Source of the DNA: Lama glama
Taxonomy: Eukaryota
Assembly: GCA_028534125.1 (NCBI GenBank)
Contig: CM052816.1
Coordinates: 93,436,001-93,500,000 of the forward strand
DNA: 64,000 bases
Reading direction: 5' to 3'
The translations under genes were made by a program, and so were the position numbers. This document shows positions 51,443-64,000 of the stretch, piece after piece (position 1 is the stretch's first letter; the number at the start of each line of letters is the position of its first letter). The notes under the pieces were generated by a model that did no database searches, was not told the origin of the DNA, and saw only the letters and a program-made list of their open reading frames with translations.

Positions 51443-53797
51443 CTTCATTACTCACCTGTATCCTCCTCATTTTATTCCAACCTGGTCTTGTTTGCAAGCC
51501 AACCCAGTTCAACTCTAAATTCTTCAGTCTCCATGTAGTTTCAACACTTGTGTTTATTTCCCGGAGTTTAACTTTCTGTTCTCCCTAACATGCTGTGGAT
51601 GGGCTAACCCCTTTGTATTCTTGCTTTGTGATGTAGAAAGATCCATCTACCATAAACCTGGATTCCTGAGCTCTGGAAGAGTTAGTGTTGTTCTCCTTCA
51701 ACTGGGATAGCAGGACGTTTTGGGTAAGTAGGCTGCCATCGGGAGGAGATTTTGACATGACAAAAAGTGGCTGAAAGTTTACTAATGTGCTGGGCACAAA
51801 GGGGCAATATTAGACTCATGGAAGAAATATATTTCTCATATTTTAATATAGTGATATAACTTAGCATAGAAGGGTAGATTACCATATTCCTTACTGTATG
51901 TTTTAATATATCTCAAGAAAGGTGAAGTCCTGTATTGAGACAACTCATATTTGAGTTTTCTTGGACAGTTGAACTTTTAATACTCTGTAATTTTCACCAA
52001 AGAGAAAAATCACTATATGCTTTATTTATCTGGTGTGTGAGATACAGAATTGGTAATTGATTTTGAATATTAAGAAGCCTAATTAATACTCTTGTCTGAA
52101 AGCAACACCATATTTCTTTTATAGGGACATAGGTCCAAAGATTACCAGCAAATAGGACCTATATTTCTTTTACTCAAAAAGGTAATTTTACTTTGTTTTA
52201 AAACATGGGTTAGGTAGATCTTTCTGAATCATACTGCACTTGAAACATTAATTTTGGCATTAAACATTCAAAAGAACATGTTAGCAAGCAAAAGCCTCCA
52301 TAACAATAAATCTCAAAATGTCCCTCAAAGAATTACTAATTTTGAACGGAACTTAGTGCAGTTCTCCTGACATACTATGAATTAATCACAGTAAATTGAC
52401 TCATTGTGGAACCAATTAATACTGCCCTTTTAAAATTTGAAAGATGTATTTAAAAGAGTGAAAACATTGTTTAAGTAATTGATGCTAAGTTGTCCTTTTT
52501 GGCAACATTTAGCTAAAAGGTTTAATAGCTTCTTTAAGATAACACCTTTTTTTTTTTAATGGTGCTTAAATAGTACCCTCAGTAAAGACAATGCTTGTCT
52601 CCTTATAAGTAATGACAATTAACCATCCACTCAGCTCATGGAGTACATCACCTGTTACTTAAATGTACATGTGGAAAAAGGGGATGCAGGCTATAATTCA
52701 ACCCTGCCTCATAGCATTTTGAATGGGGATTGTATTTGTCAAAATATTGATCTTACTCATCCTGAGTCTGGCTGAAGAATGATGTCATTGTACAGGATTG
52801 GAAGAAGCATGAATACCTTTGAATCTATACTGGAAATGTGAAAATTGTCAAAGACACAAATTTTGATCAATACAAAACAGTTAATCTTTCCTTCAGTGTG
52901 ATGGAAAGGAAGGGAGTAGCGCTTTGGGTACCACTTGTATGGTACTTTGAAAGCCCTTGGAGATACGGTATCTGCTTGATTCTCACAACAACATTGCAAG
53001 GTACTTCTTTTTCTTTTATAAAATAAAGCTAAGACTTGTAGCCTGCAATTTATCCAAGGCAATGGACAGAATTAGAAACCAGAGCTTTAGAATTCAACCC
53101 AAATAATCTTTCTATTAAAAGATATTATGTTAGTGTTTGATGGTCAAGTGCATAATCTGGTTCTATAAACTGGTTTTTAGGTAAGAGAATAGTGTAACCT
53201 GATATTGTTAGGGACTGAGTGGAATTCTCTTTATTGGGAATTCACCATTTGGACCCTGGATGATGAGAAAAGATGCTAACAATCCCACATTTTGAGTTCT
53301 GAGTACTGCAAGTGATTGTGCCAATTTCTTTTCCAAGAAGCTTACAAACGTGTCAGTTGAGAGAGCCAGCTGAACCACCATCATTCCATCTTCACACTCT
53401 TTCCCTCTTCTCCCTTGCCTCCACCTCTCATTTTTTGGAAGAGTACAGTGCCTGTGAATCCTTACAGCTTATATTCAGTGAGCACCTACAATGTTCCAGG
53501 CACAGCTCTGATTGCTTGAGAAGGAAATTCTTATTTCCCTTCCACTCTCCAAGGGAAGAAAGGCATCAGGAGAAAGGCTTGTAATATTTTCTAGTAATTA
53601 TGAAAAGAGAAAAGAAGCATGTTACTTGCAGGCCTGGTTTTTGAAATCAATGACGGGTTGACTTGGCCTCTTCTACAAGAGAGGCTGTGCTGGGGAGGTT
53701 TCAGAAAAAATGTATGGTGGGTCATGGGGAAGCACTGCCAGGCAGAGATGGACAGTACCACCCTTCTACACTTGAATTCCTGCTTTCTGAGAGGAAA

Positions 53798-53925
53798 ATG
53801 CATATATAAATGTGTGTTTGTATATATATGTATATATATATACACATTCATGCATATAAATGTATATATACTTATGAGTAAATGCATAAATATACATATA
53901 TGCATATAAATATTATATATACATA
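53798..53925. repeat. AT-rich (TA/CA) low-complexity repeat
   Basis: Repeated atgcatataaat and tatatata units. Confidence 0.85.
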
Positions 53926-54159
53926 ACTGAACATCACTGAATGACGCTGCAGTGACTAATGCTTTAATTACAAAAGTTATTGAGAAAGGTTTAAAAATAG
54001 CTTGAAATTATATTAATGGAGCTTGCTTTTTCCAAAGGCAAGGAGGTAGAAGGTACCAGAATGCAGCTGGGAGGAAACATAAAATCAATATGTGTTTATA
54101 CCACAACTAATAAGCTTCTCCACTAAACTCATACTAGTAGGATAAGAGATCCTGCAAAA

Positions 54160-54310
54160 TATTAGCTAATTAAATACTCATGACAACTGTATAATTTAAG
54201 GGCTACTTTATTCATTGTATAGACAAGGAACCTGGGTTAGAGGAATTATGTAACACAAGCAAGCTCACACAGCTACTCTGAGGCAGATTTGGAACTTTTA
54301 CTCTAGAGCA
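54160..54310 (-). mobile_element. MIR fragment (another at ~52970-53110)
   Basis: cattgtatagacaaggaacctgggttagaggaattatgtaac...aagctcacacagcta. Confidence 0.6.
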
Positions 54311-55694
54311 TTTGGATTTGAAATTTATCTTTTTCCCCTGTCTCATGTTGCATGCTGCATAATATATAAACTTATCTGATTGACAGCTTTCCTATAAATG
54401 CAATTTGAGTTGAATGAGTCTGCACAATATCATTAGAATTTAGTTACTTTTATCCGTACATATCCATATATTTGATTAATTATTGCTTTTTACATTAAGA
54501 AACAATTAGATTTGATCACTATTCAATTGAAGAGGTATATTTCTTTTCTTGTGAGGAGGTGTAAGAGTGATATTTTGATTCTCAAAGACTTCATATTTGT
54601 GTGTGCTCCAAGCAATTTTTTAATCTTTTGAAGTGAGCTTCTTCAGGGGAAAGAGTTTCTTGCCAGAATGTCCCAGTCTTATCCAGTTCTTTCGCTAAAG
54701 ATCCTTTTGCCCCTTATCGTGTTAAAGGTTTTATCTTTCTCTTCTCCATCTCTAGGCCAGATTATCCTTGATTAATACTGTTCCTCAGGCTTCCTTCTTT
54801 ATTGTTATATGAAAACAACTCATCACATTCACTTTAGTTCCCCAGCTAAGGGAAACGTGTAATCCACCTGTGTAATTGCTGGGTCCTGCAGCTAACAGTA
54901 AGCCCTGTGGGAAGTATTGGTGTTTTCTGTTTGTTTGCTTGTTTCCTCTGGCAAGTCCTAAAAGTTCTTGCTCAGCTGCCCAGTAAACTTGTTTTCCAAA
55001 CAAGCTTAGTAAATGACATTTCTAATTCAATTGGTTCATTCCTTAGTATAATTGTAGGTTAATAAAATGTATATATTTGTCCTTTAGTACACTTTGCTGT
55101 GAATCTTTAGCTTCAATGTTATAAATTTTCTCGTAACATGCTAGATATGTTTATTAATATTTTAATTTAGTGAGTATTCCATATATACTAAACTATACAC
55201 GCATGTGAATAAGTATATGTCTCTGTGAACCTATTGGTTTTTCTATTTTGTTCCCAATTAAGATGGTAAATATATCATTCCTCTTTCTTTGTTAGTAGAA
55301 TTGCATCTTTCAGAGAAATTGTAATATTTCATTTTTATGAGAGGATGAAAGGATGTCTTGATAATTTTAAGAAGGAAATGTTGTTAATATTCTTGTTCAC
55401 ATGAAGGCATTTAAAGGTTTAAAATGAAAACCCAGAATCCAGCCACGTGAAGGTATGTTTGAATGTTGTGATTGGTTGCCTTCCCAACAATCATTCCCTC
55501 TTGACTGGCCAGCCCATTTCCCCTGGTGAACAGGGGGCTCCTGAAGGATCTGCCTGCAGCTCCAGCTCCAGGAAGACACACTTCTCAAGCCCACTGCGTT
55601 GGCCACAGTGATGAGTTCAGAAGTTGGCTTGAGACTAAGATAAGTTTTTCTGGGAATACCGGCACTCAGATACTCATCCCATTCTCTGTGGCCA

Positions 55695-56194
55695 NNNNNN
55701 NNNNNNNNNNNNNNNNNNNNNNNNNNNNNNNNNNNNNNNNNNNNNNNNNNNNNNNNNNNNNNNNNNNNNNNNNNNNNNNNNNNNNNNNNNNNNNNNNNNN
55801 NNNNNNNNNNNNNNNNNNNNNNNNNNNNNNNNNNNNNNNNNNNNNNNNNNNNNNNNNNNNNNNNNNNNNNNNNNNNNNNNNNNNNNNNNNNNNNNNNNNN
55901 NNNNNNNNNNNNNNNNNNNNNNNNNNNNNNNNNNNNNNNNNNNNNNNNNNNNNNNNNNNNNNNNNNNNNNNNNNNNNNNNNNNNNNNNNNNNNNNNNNNN
56001 NNNNNNNNNNNNNNNNNNNNNNNNNNNNNNNNNNNNNNNNNNNNNNNNNNNNNNNNNNNNNNNNNNNNNNNNNNNNNNNNNNNNNNNNNNNNNNNNNNNN
56101 NNNNNNNNNNNNNNNNNNNNNNNNNNNNNNNNNNNNNNNNNNNNNNNNNNNNNNNNNNNNNNNNNNNNNNNNNNNNNNNNNNNNNNNNNNNNNN
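55695..56194. other. assembly gap (500 N)
   Basis: Run of exactly 500 N. Confidence 0.99.
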
Positions 56195-59100
56195 TAGGTG
56201 TTCGTGTGAGGGGTTGGGTGGTGGAGGACAAATTCAAGTGAGAAGAACCAGCCTCAGGGGCCTTTGCTTTATTTGTAAGGACTTCCGAGCTATCGAGTTC
56301 TGCATTTGCCCAGAATAGACCATCATGAGCCCCTCCTCGGAGATCCCACTCACACATATTCATATGAATATTATGTGGTGCTAACTAGGCAAGAATCCCA
56401 CTTAGCATTTGGTCCAAGGGACAGAAAATTATTGCCTAATAATGCAACATGCCCAGGACCATACATCAAGAGCTGGTGGAGCTAGGTTTTGGATCTTTAT
56501 GCTCTCAAGGCTTCAGCTCTCTCATGGGTCTAGATTAGTTCTTCATTGACAGATTTTGTTCATTAACCAAAAGTCAGTTTAATACTCTAGTTCCTCATTG
56601 ATCATTAGTCTTTTTATTAGCTTAGTTCTCAATACATGCTTTATCTGGAATAGGTAAGTGGAAAAATTACTATCCCTTATTAACATAACTTGCTTCCAAC
56701 CACATTTAATGTGCAAAAGTCACATGCATACTTTTTGCCTGTGCAAACTATATCTAATATGAATCTTTCATAAGATCTGTGAAAAGTTCAGCTCGTTTAT
56801 TGCAACAGACTTTCAACACCTCTACACTCAATTAAAACCATAATTGTCATTTGGTGATGATAAGGATTCTATATATATATATATATAAAGAAGTTGACAA
56901 GCAACAAGATAAATGATACAGAAACACCATGATAAAAGAACACTGGTAGGTGACAAATTCTTCCCTTTCTTTGAGTTGCTAAGGCAAAGGCTCATTTTTC
57001 AAACATGACAGAATTGCTTAAATAGCTAGCATTTTGCTCTGGGATGTTTGGGATGTCACGCTATGGGAGAAGCCAATGAAAAATCCACTTTATTTTTTGA
57101 TAACTCTCCACAAAAAGAAAAGATACTTTCTAATTGGGTAGATGGAGGACTTTGTCCTTCATTAAGGAAATCAAATTACTACAATAATAAAACATTTAAA
57201 TAGGCAAAAGAGCTCTAGAAGAGATGTTGGCCAAGGAAATCCATGACAAAGATAAATCTAAAAATGACATGAAGACATGTAAATCTGTCTTTATCTGAGC
57301 TAGGGCACTGCAAAACTAAGACTATTTTAAATCCATAAAGGAAATTATTTTAAATAAAATATACTAAATTCTTTTATTTATTTTTAAAATAATAATGCTA
57401 TCATTTCATACATTGAATTTTTCATGGATAAGTCATGTATTCACCTCTAAAGTTTAGAGTTTGTACAACTGTTAAATAAAACTGCAGTTATTTTGTGTAC
57501 GTTTTATCTTACTGAATTAAGTGAGGAAGTTAGAATACGGTAATCTATGCTATTTTGACTGTAATGTCCTTTATTTGACAATTATTTCCTGAGAGAGGCT
57601 ATTTGAAAAACATCAAAATGTCTTTCATGTCAACACATCTAGATTCCTGATTCCTAAAATGAAGAGGAGAGAAGTTACTCCTAAACTGTGTGAAGTTAAA
57701 TAAAGCCAAAAATTCACCATTAAGTAGACGAGAATGATAATGTTTTGTCGAACAATCTTAGAGTCATTAGTTATTACTTTTGATTTTTACACATCAGTTG
57801 ATTCCTTACAATTTTACACCCCAGAACATTTTCCCTTACTTAACATTTTTTTTTAAAACTGGAGGAATTTCCCATAAAAAAGAATATGTGAAAAATAGAA
57901 AACAAGACATCTGTTTCATGCCTATCCTCTCATATCTAATTAATGGTTAAATGAAATGGTGGCTACTGAATAAGATACCTAGAGAGAGCCATAAGGATTA
58001 GTTTAAAAATCATTGTAGGCCAAGTGGGAAGCAGAAAGTCAGGGAAGGTCCCAGTTCCAAAATCCACCCCAACTCACATGGACTTGATATCCCAACAATC
58101 CTGCAATCATACGTAGGACTTATTTTTAGAAAGAAGTTGACAAGGGAATGATTATTTGGCAGCCTCAGGGGGAGGGAGCACATATGGGTTTATTAACAGT
58201 CAAGTGTGAAGGACTATAATGAGGTTTTTAAGAATATGGAATTAGGTACAAGGCCTCACCTGAAGTCTCAAAATCACCTTCTTGGGAGAAGAGTAGGTTG
58301 GGGTGGGAGTAGAGATGAGAAATAGGGTGCATAGACAGAGTGGGTGATTGTCAGCGTTGTAATTGCCTGAACTTCCAAAACTTTCACTGATGACTTAGTT
58401 ACTCCCAAATGCATTAAGTGAGAAAAACAAGCATTTCATTTCAACATGTTAAACAAGGCTTAAAAATGGCCCAGAGAGTCTAACAAAATGCTGACTTAAA
58501 TCAGTATGAGACTCAGATGAGGTCCTGTTTGTTCTTTCAAAGGCTGATTTTGATGGAGATGGACTGAGATCCCGAGTTTGTGTGGGGCTGGTCCCATCAA
58601 AGGGAAGACCTAATGATACACACAGCAGAGGTGACTCATGTGTGACGCAGTTTTCACCAGCTCCGTGGCATTACCTACCTCAGATTATTACCTTCTTCAG
58701 TTTATTGCCTACCACTATTACCTGTCTGACTCTGCCATGGCCTGGAGTGATATATGGGATATATTTGTGAGGCTAAAATTCTTTCAGAAGGAAAAGAGGC
58801 ATAAGAGGTATCTATTGTTATAAAATACTGGCATTATGATTTGAAAGTCAAACCTCTCTAGCATAGGCACCTGAATGATATTATTTGTCAAATACCAAGA
58901 ATTCATCAGAAAATATGTTTTTATGGTTATAGAAATGATGGAAATGCTCAACCTCTTACATTAGATACCACCCAGCCGTGGACTATTGCATTTAAATTCT
59001 AGAACTTGTGGATGGCATTCTGAGATTTTATGACTGCCTTGGAATCTTAAGCACTTTCTCTTTGCAAAAGCTAGTTTCACATTACCTACAGTGGCTGGTG

Positions 59101-60099
59101 GCTAAGATTATTAGTTTTTTTTTTCCTCTGAAGTCATTTTTTGTTGTTCAGATGATGAGTTAAAGTTAAATTTTAAAAATTTAAAAAGTCAACGTGACTC
59201 TTACAGAAGTAGATAATGAACTTGCGTCCAAAATTATTTTATTCATAAATGAGGGAATTGCAGGGCTGTTCAAAGCTGGTTCAAGTAATATTTGAGGAAT
59301 GGGGTATGTATGGGCATTTAAAAAGGAAAAAGAGTGTTAAAATAATATTGTTATTCTATCGGACATTCTAATTTCTATAATTTATAGGTTAATATCCCAA
59401 AAGACAATAAAAACATAACCTTAGGAGTTTTATTTTCTGTTCAGAGATAACATTTGCATCTTTACTGACAAAAAGCTACAATTTAATAGCTAACTTCATA
59501 TATCTAGGACTTTGTAAACAATAGTAGATAGTAGGTCACACAAACATTCCCTTAGAAATTAAATTGTCCTTGGGTGAATCTTAAAATACTTCATGATGCT
59601 GGCTTTCCTTTACCTTATTTACAAGTTATGGATACTTTAAAAATATATGTTGTGATGTAAAGTGAGAATAAGTAAAAAGAATCAACTAAAATGCTATTGT
59701 ACACTCTAGAGTATTTACTGGCTTAGGATCTGTTAGGGCATGGAGTGTGTGCTAATTACTACTGCTCACAGCATTCAAACCCATTGCAACTCTCATCTTA
59801 TGTCCCACATCTGACCAAGCTGATGAGAAAACCTTGATGTTCCTTCTATTGGCAGGAACATCTATCATGCAGCCCCCATTCATGGAACCTCACACTCTAA
59901 CCACCATTGATGAAAACCAAACCAGTCTCCTTTCCCTGCTCTCTCCTGCCACTTTTGACTTGCTTGGCAACGTGGTCCTGCTCTCCCCAGAGAGCTTCAT
60001 TATGTGAATAATAAGCCTGTCCTGTTCTCGTGTGGCATCATCAGTCTCTGCATCAGAACAAATTGTGTGCGTGTGTGTGATCCCAACTCTATGGAACGT

Positions 60100-60750
60100 G
60101 ACCACATAAAGGCATAGGGAGTGTTGTTTTGGGGAAAAGGGCTATAGATGACCTTATGAAAAAGGAATCATTGTAGTGAAAATCTGAAAGAAGTAAGGGT
60201 ATGAGTCATGTGAATATCTTAGAGGAAAATATCCCGGGAAGAGAGACCCAGTTGTGCAAATACCTGGAGGCAAAAACATGCTGTGAATTCAAGAAACAGC
60301 AAGAAAGCCCATGAAGCTGGAGTTGAGAGACCAAAGGGGAGAGGAGGAGTGGAAATGACTAGATAAGCAGTTGGAAGAGCAGATCAGGTAAGATCTAACG
60401 GGCCATCGTGAGGCTATTTTGGCTTTTTCCCTGAGTGAGATGCAAAGATCCAAGAGAAATTTTGAGTGACCCTATGGTTACACAGGTTGAGAATCGGGGA
60501 ACTTTCAGTGCAATAGAATCACTCTGTTGCTGTTTGCAAGATAGACAAAGGTTGAGGTTGTATGTGAATATGAAACAGTTGGAGGCAAGAAATGATAACA
60601 AGGTTAGACCTGACTGGTAGCAGTGGAAGTGGTAAGAGGTGGTTGGAATGTCCTCACATTGGGTGTAAAATGTGAATGAGAGGAGTCAAGAATAACAACA
60701 GTCTGAGGCTTATGCAAGAATGGATTGGGCGTCATGTCTTATTAATATGG
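60100..60750 (-). mobile_element. L2 LINE fragment
   Basis: atctgaaagaagtaagggtatgagtcatgtgaatatc...tgtgcaaatacctggaggca...aagaaacagcaagaaagccc...tggtagcagtggaagtggtaagaggtgg. Confidence 0.8.
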
Positions 60751-61642
60751 AAGGGTAGTGAGGTCAAGCACAGTACTAAACAGTGACACTTGTTATGCCA
60801 TCGGGGTAAACTTTGGGGAGAGTGATCCATGTGGGTAAGTAATGAGGAGGGATATTGTGATATGTGCGTAAAGAAAGGGAAACATTTCAGGTTTGATTTT
60901 TCAAGATAAGAGAGAGGAAGGTGGAAAAGAGAGGGAAGGTCCTCCAGGTTTAGAGAGGGCAGCCCTTCTCAGTTTTCCTGTGGCCTGGGCTGCTTTGCCT
61001 GCTCTCAGAGATTCTCATTTAATCCACTTGACAGATGTTTGCACATAAAGCTGTTTCCTTTCCTTCAGTTAAGGCAACCACCTACCCATAATGGACGAGC
61101 AGAGATTTATGGTGACCTGTCAGTCTTTAGTAAACACTGTTCTCAGGTGAATTGCTGATCCAAGAATATATATATATATATCTGAGACACCAGAGATGTA
61201 TACTCACCATAATGTAATGCAAAATAATCCCCAATTCATAAAAAAAAAGTCCCTCTAGGTATGAAATTTGACTTTTCAACTGAATGTGCTGGCATCTTTT
61301 AAACATAGCTTAAGTTCAACAGATAACAAATTGGAGTCCATGGGCATTGTCACCATAACCTCTATCTATTGGACCAAAGGGCTATAAATGGGGTTTCTGC
61401 TATTTAATGTTATTTCACGTTTGATGTAGTCAGTAGACTTCACAACAAGTTATATTAAATATCAAGAGGCTACAATTCCCAAGATTACTTAGGCACTTGG
61501 GAGACTTTTAATCATTTCCGGAAATAGATGGCAGACCCCTCTGCCTGTTGCATTCAATGTGTCTCTGGATTCATTTAGATTCTAGATATTGATTCCTTTT
61601 GTTGTTAATGTCCACATTTGTTTCTTGATCATTGTCACCTGT

Positions 61643-61780
61643 CGGTGGTGAATGGAAATGTTCTGGAATTAGATAGTGGTGATGGTTGCACAACTCTGTG
61701 AATGTACTAAAAACAGACTAAATGGTACAGTCTAAAAGGATGAATTTTATGATACATGAATTATATCTCAAAAAAGGTGT
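61643..61780 (+). mobile_element. L1MB-like extreme 3' end
   Basis: ggaaatgttctggaattagatagtggtgatggttgcacaactctgtgaatgtactaaaaac...tgaattatatctcaa. Confidence 0.85.
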
Positions 61781-63834
61781 TACATATCCGTATAAAAGAA
61801 TCTTACTCTCACAAACCCTGCTGTAACCTCTCAAGGAAACATACTGGCGAGTAGGGGGTATGTCTAAAGCTTTATCAAATGCTATATAAATACAAATTAC
61901 CAGGACAATGCTGAATGACGACTCTTATGTTAAATGCAAGCTGTTCAGCTTCTTCTCTACCCTTAGGGTCATAAACAGCTAGCAGGTAGTCTATATATCA
62001 TCCTAATAGTAGCGTAACAGTATGATTTACTAGTTGTGATCTCATTGTAGAATAATAACTGCACAACTTAAAGAGCTATCTAAAAAATGACATATGTTCA
62101 CACCATCACGTCCCCATGACTGCAGTAACACTATTTTGCCATTGAGCTGAAAGCAGAAATAAAGAATGCTTCAGTTATTTACTTAAGGTTACATAACAAT
62201 TTGATAGTGGAAGATCCATGGAACTTTGTACCATCTTTTTATATACATTGGTAAACAGTTACTTGCCCATTTTATTTTAAAAAGTCAGTCAATTATCAGA
62301 ATATTATCTGGGTAGTTATTGATAGACTAGGATTTTGCAAACTGGTGGCAAATTTGTACCTTACAAGACAACAAACATAGGCGGGTGTTACGCTGAGTTC
62401 TTGATTCAAGCTGTTTAGCAATGACTTTAATTCCCCACCTTTCCACCAGTTTCAGGGCTTCAATCTGAGAACCTTGCCTTGGTAATCTTGAAGCGGAGTT
62501 ATCTCCTAGGCCTTTTATGATGCCAGTTAAAATGAACCCATTCTAGAGTTTGCCTGTCACACTCTTCTTACTTCAAATAACCAGACTGATTGATTACCAA
62601 TGTAAGATCTCAAAACAGTAGATTTGTTTCATTCTAACTTTGGTAAGATTTTGGAGAACTCAGGATTATTTACCAAGTAGTCTGCTCTCCTCTTTGCAGC
62701 CCCCACTTTTCCTGGGAAGACTTTTGTTGCACTTTTGACTCAGGAGCAGCCACGTGAACTTGCTCTGGCTAAAGACACTTGGACTATAGTGACTTGTGTC
62801 ACCTTCAGGCAGACACTTCATTATCCTGAACACAACCTGCTATTCCTCTCTTCTCTCTCCCACAACCATGGGTCATTCCCAAGACACTGAGAATTTTCCC
62901 TTTCAACTTTGAACCTCCTCCCCTTCACTCCTACAATCAAGCCCCTGGTCTGGCCTGTTTGATGTCTACTACTTAACCGGGGATCTCTGAGTTACTTAGC
63001 TGCCAGCTCATTCTTCATGCCTTTAACTGCAGAAGTCCAACATCACCTTTGAATTTTCCAAGTAGAAAAACAGTCCTGTGAATGAAAAGGAGAAACATCT
63101 GAGAAGTAGAAGGTCCACAGTACCAACTGATTAACTAAGGTTTTGCTGAAACTTGAACCCCATTTTCACTCTTTCCTATTGGTTGATAGGAAGGCAAGTA
63201 TCATCCCTGAAGCATCTTAGAATCTGCCCCATTAGCCTTGTCCCTCTTGACCTCTTGGTTCCGAGGGAGCACAAAGAGTGTCAATGCATATGTGAATGCC
63301 GATCATGAGGCTGTTGCTATCAGTTTTCATACAGGCTAAAATTATTCATTTCTATTAAAGTAGCCATTGTGCAAAACTCTGAGATATGAGTGACAGAGAT
63401 ATTCCTCTCTCGACCTACTCAGCTTCTTGGCCTACCCTGTCCAGAACAAAGTGTCATCCTGTCCCCTTCCTTTCCTTTTCCCACCCACTTCTGAAATTTC
63501 TGCAGGAGTTAAACTGCCTTCCCATATGTTAGTCAAGATGCATTCTTTTGCTTTCTTGGTGCTAATTTGATATTTCTTTTCATTCAGTCTCATGCTGGTG
63601 ACTTCAATTCTCCCCCTTTCTGCAGCAGGACTAACAATCATGGGAGCTAGCTAGTCTCTGCAAGGCTGCTGTCTTTGAGTCTGATGCTGGAGGTTGAAGC
63701 CCACATGGTGATGGGAAGCTGGAGGTAAGGAGGGAGAGAGTGAGAACAAGGTAATAATCACAGGTACAAGCTGGACCCCACCAGAGGGGACTGAAACGTG
63801 TGTCAGCCCTTTTTGCCTCTGCCCTAGGTGGAAT

Positions 63835-64000
63835 GGGTCTCCTGTGGGAGCTGGGGCTCATGAAGCTAAACACGCACACGTGGGCCAAGAGTTGGAGAAG
63901 CCAAAGTAGGATCCAGGGGAGGATGGAGCAGTTGCAGCCCCAGCTGCTCCTCACACCAATGGTGTGAGTCAGCAGGCCAGCGACAGCATACAGGAGCTAA
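63835..64000 (+). pseudogene. decayed APOA4-like coding fragment, possibly carried within an old LTR element; runs off window end
   Basis: Three collinear pieces VGQELEKPK* / MEQLQPQLL / PHTNGVSQQASDSIQEL versus recalled APOA4 LAKDSEKLKE / LEELRARLL / PHANEVSQKIGDNLREL; contains a stop and frameshifts. Confidence 0.55.

Noticed and set aside
55526..56363. 223-aa and 229-aa ORFs
   Set aside because: Artefacts of translating through the N gap

Overview
AT-rich, CpG-depleted placental-mammal genomic DNA with no prokaryotic features and no intact protein-coding gene I can recognise. A short L1 tail resembling camelid L1, plus the absence of recognisable Alu, B1, BovB, PRE-1 or Can-SINE copies, tentatively suggests a camelid. 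Much of the window is old interspersed repeats: MaLR/MLT and ERVL/ERV1 LTRs, L1M fragments, L2, MIR and MER58. The clearest gene-derived feature is a processed pseudogene of CD24 (about 22.3-24.1 kb), with a lost ATG, a frameshift, 3'UTR, poly(A) and target-site duplication. The left 8 kb holds a possible promoter and small 5' exons of an unidentified minus-strand transcript, including a 10-bp-periodic ARE-like repeat. The last ~170 bp resemble decayed APOA4 coding sequence. A 500-N scaffold gap lies at 55695-56194. I see no support for a new biological system. Repeat family names come from memory of consensus sequences and need RepeatMasker/Dfam confirmation.
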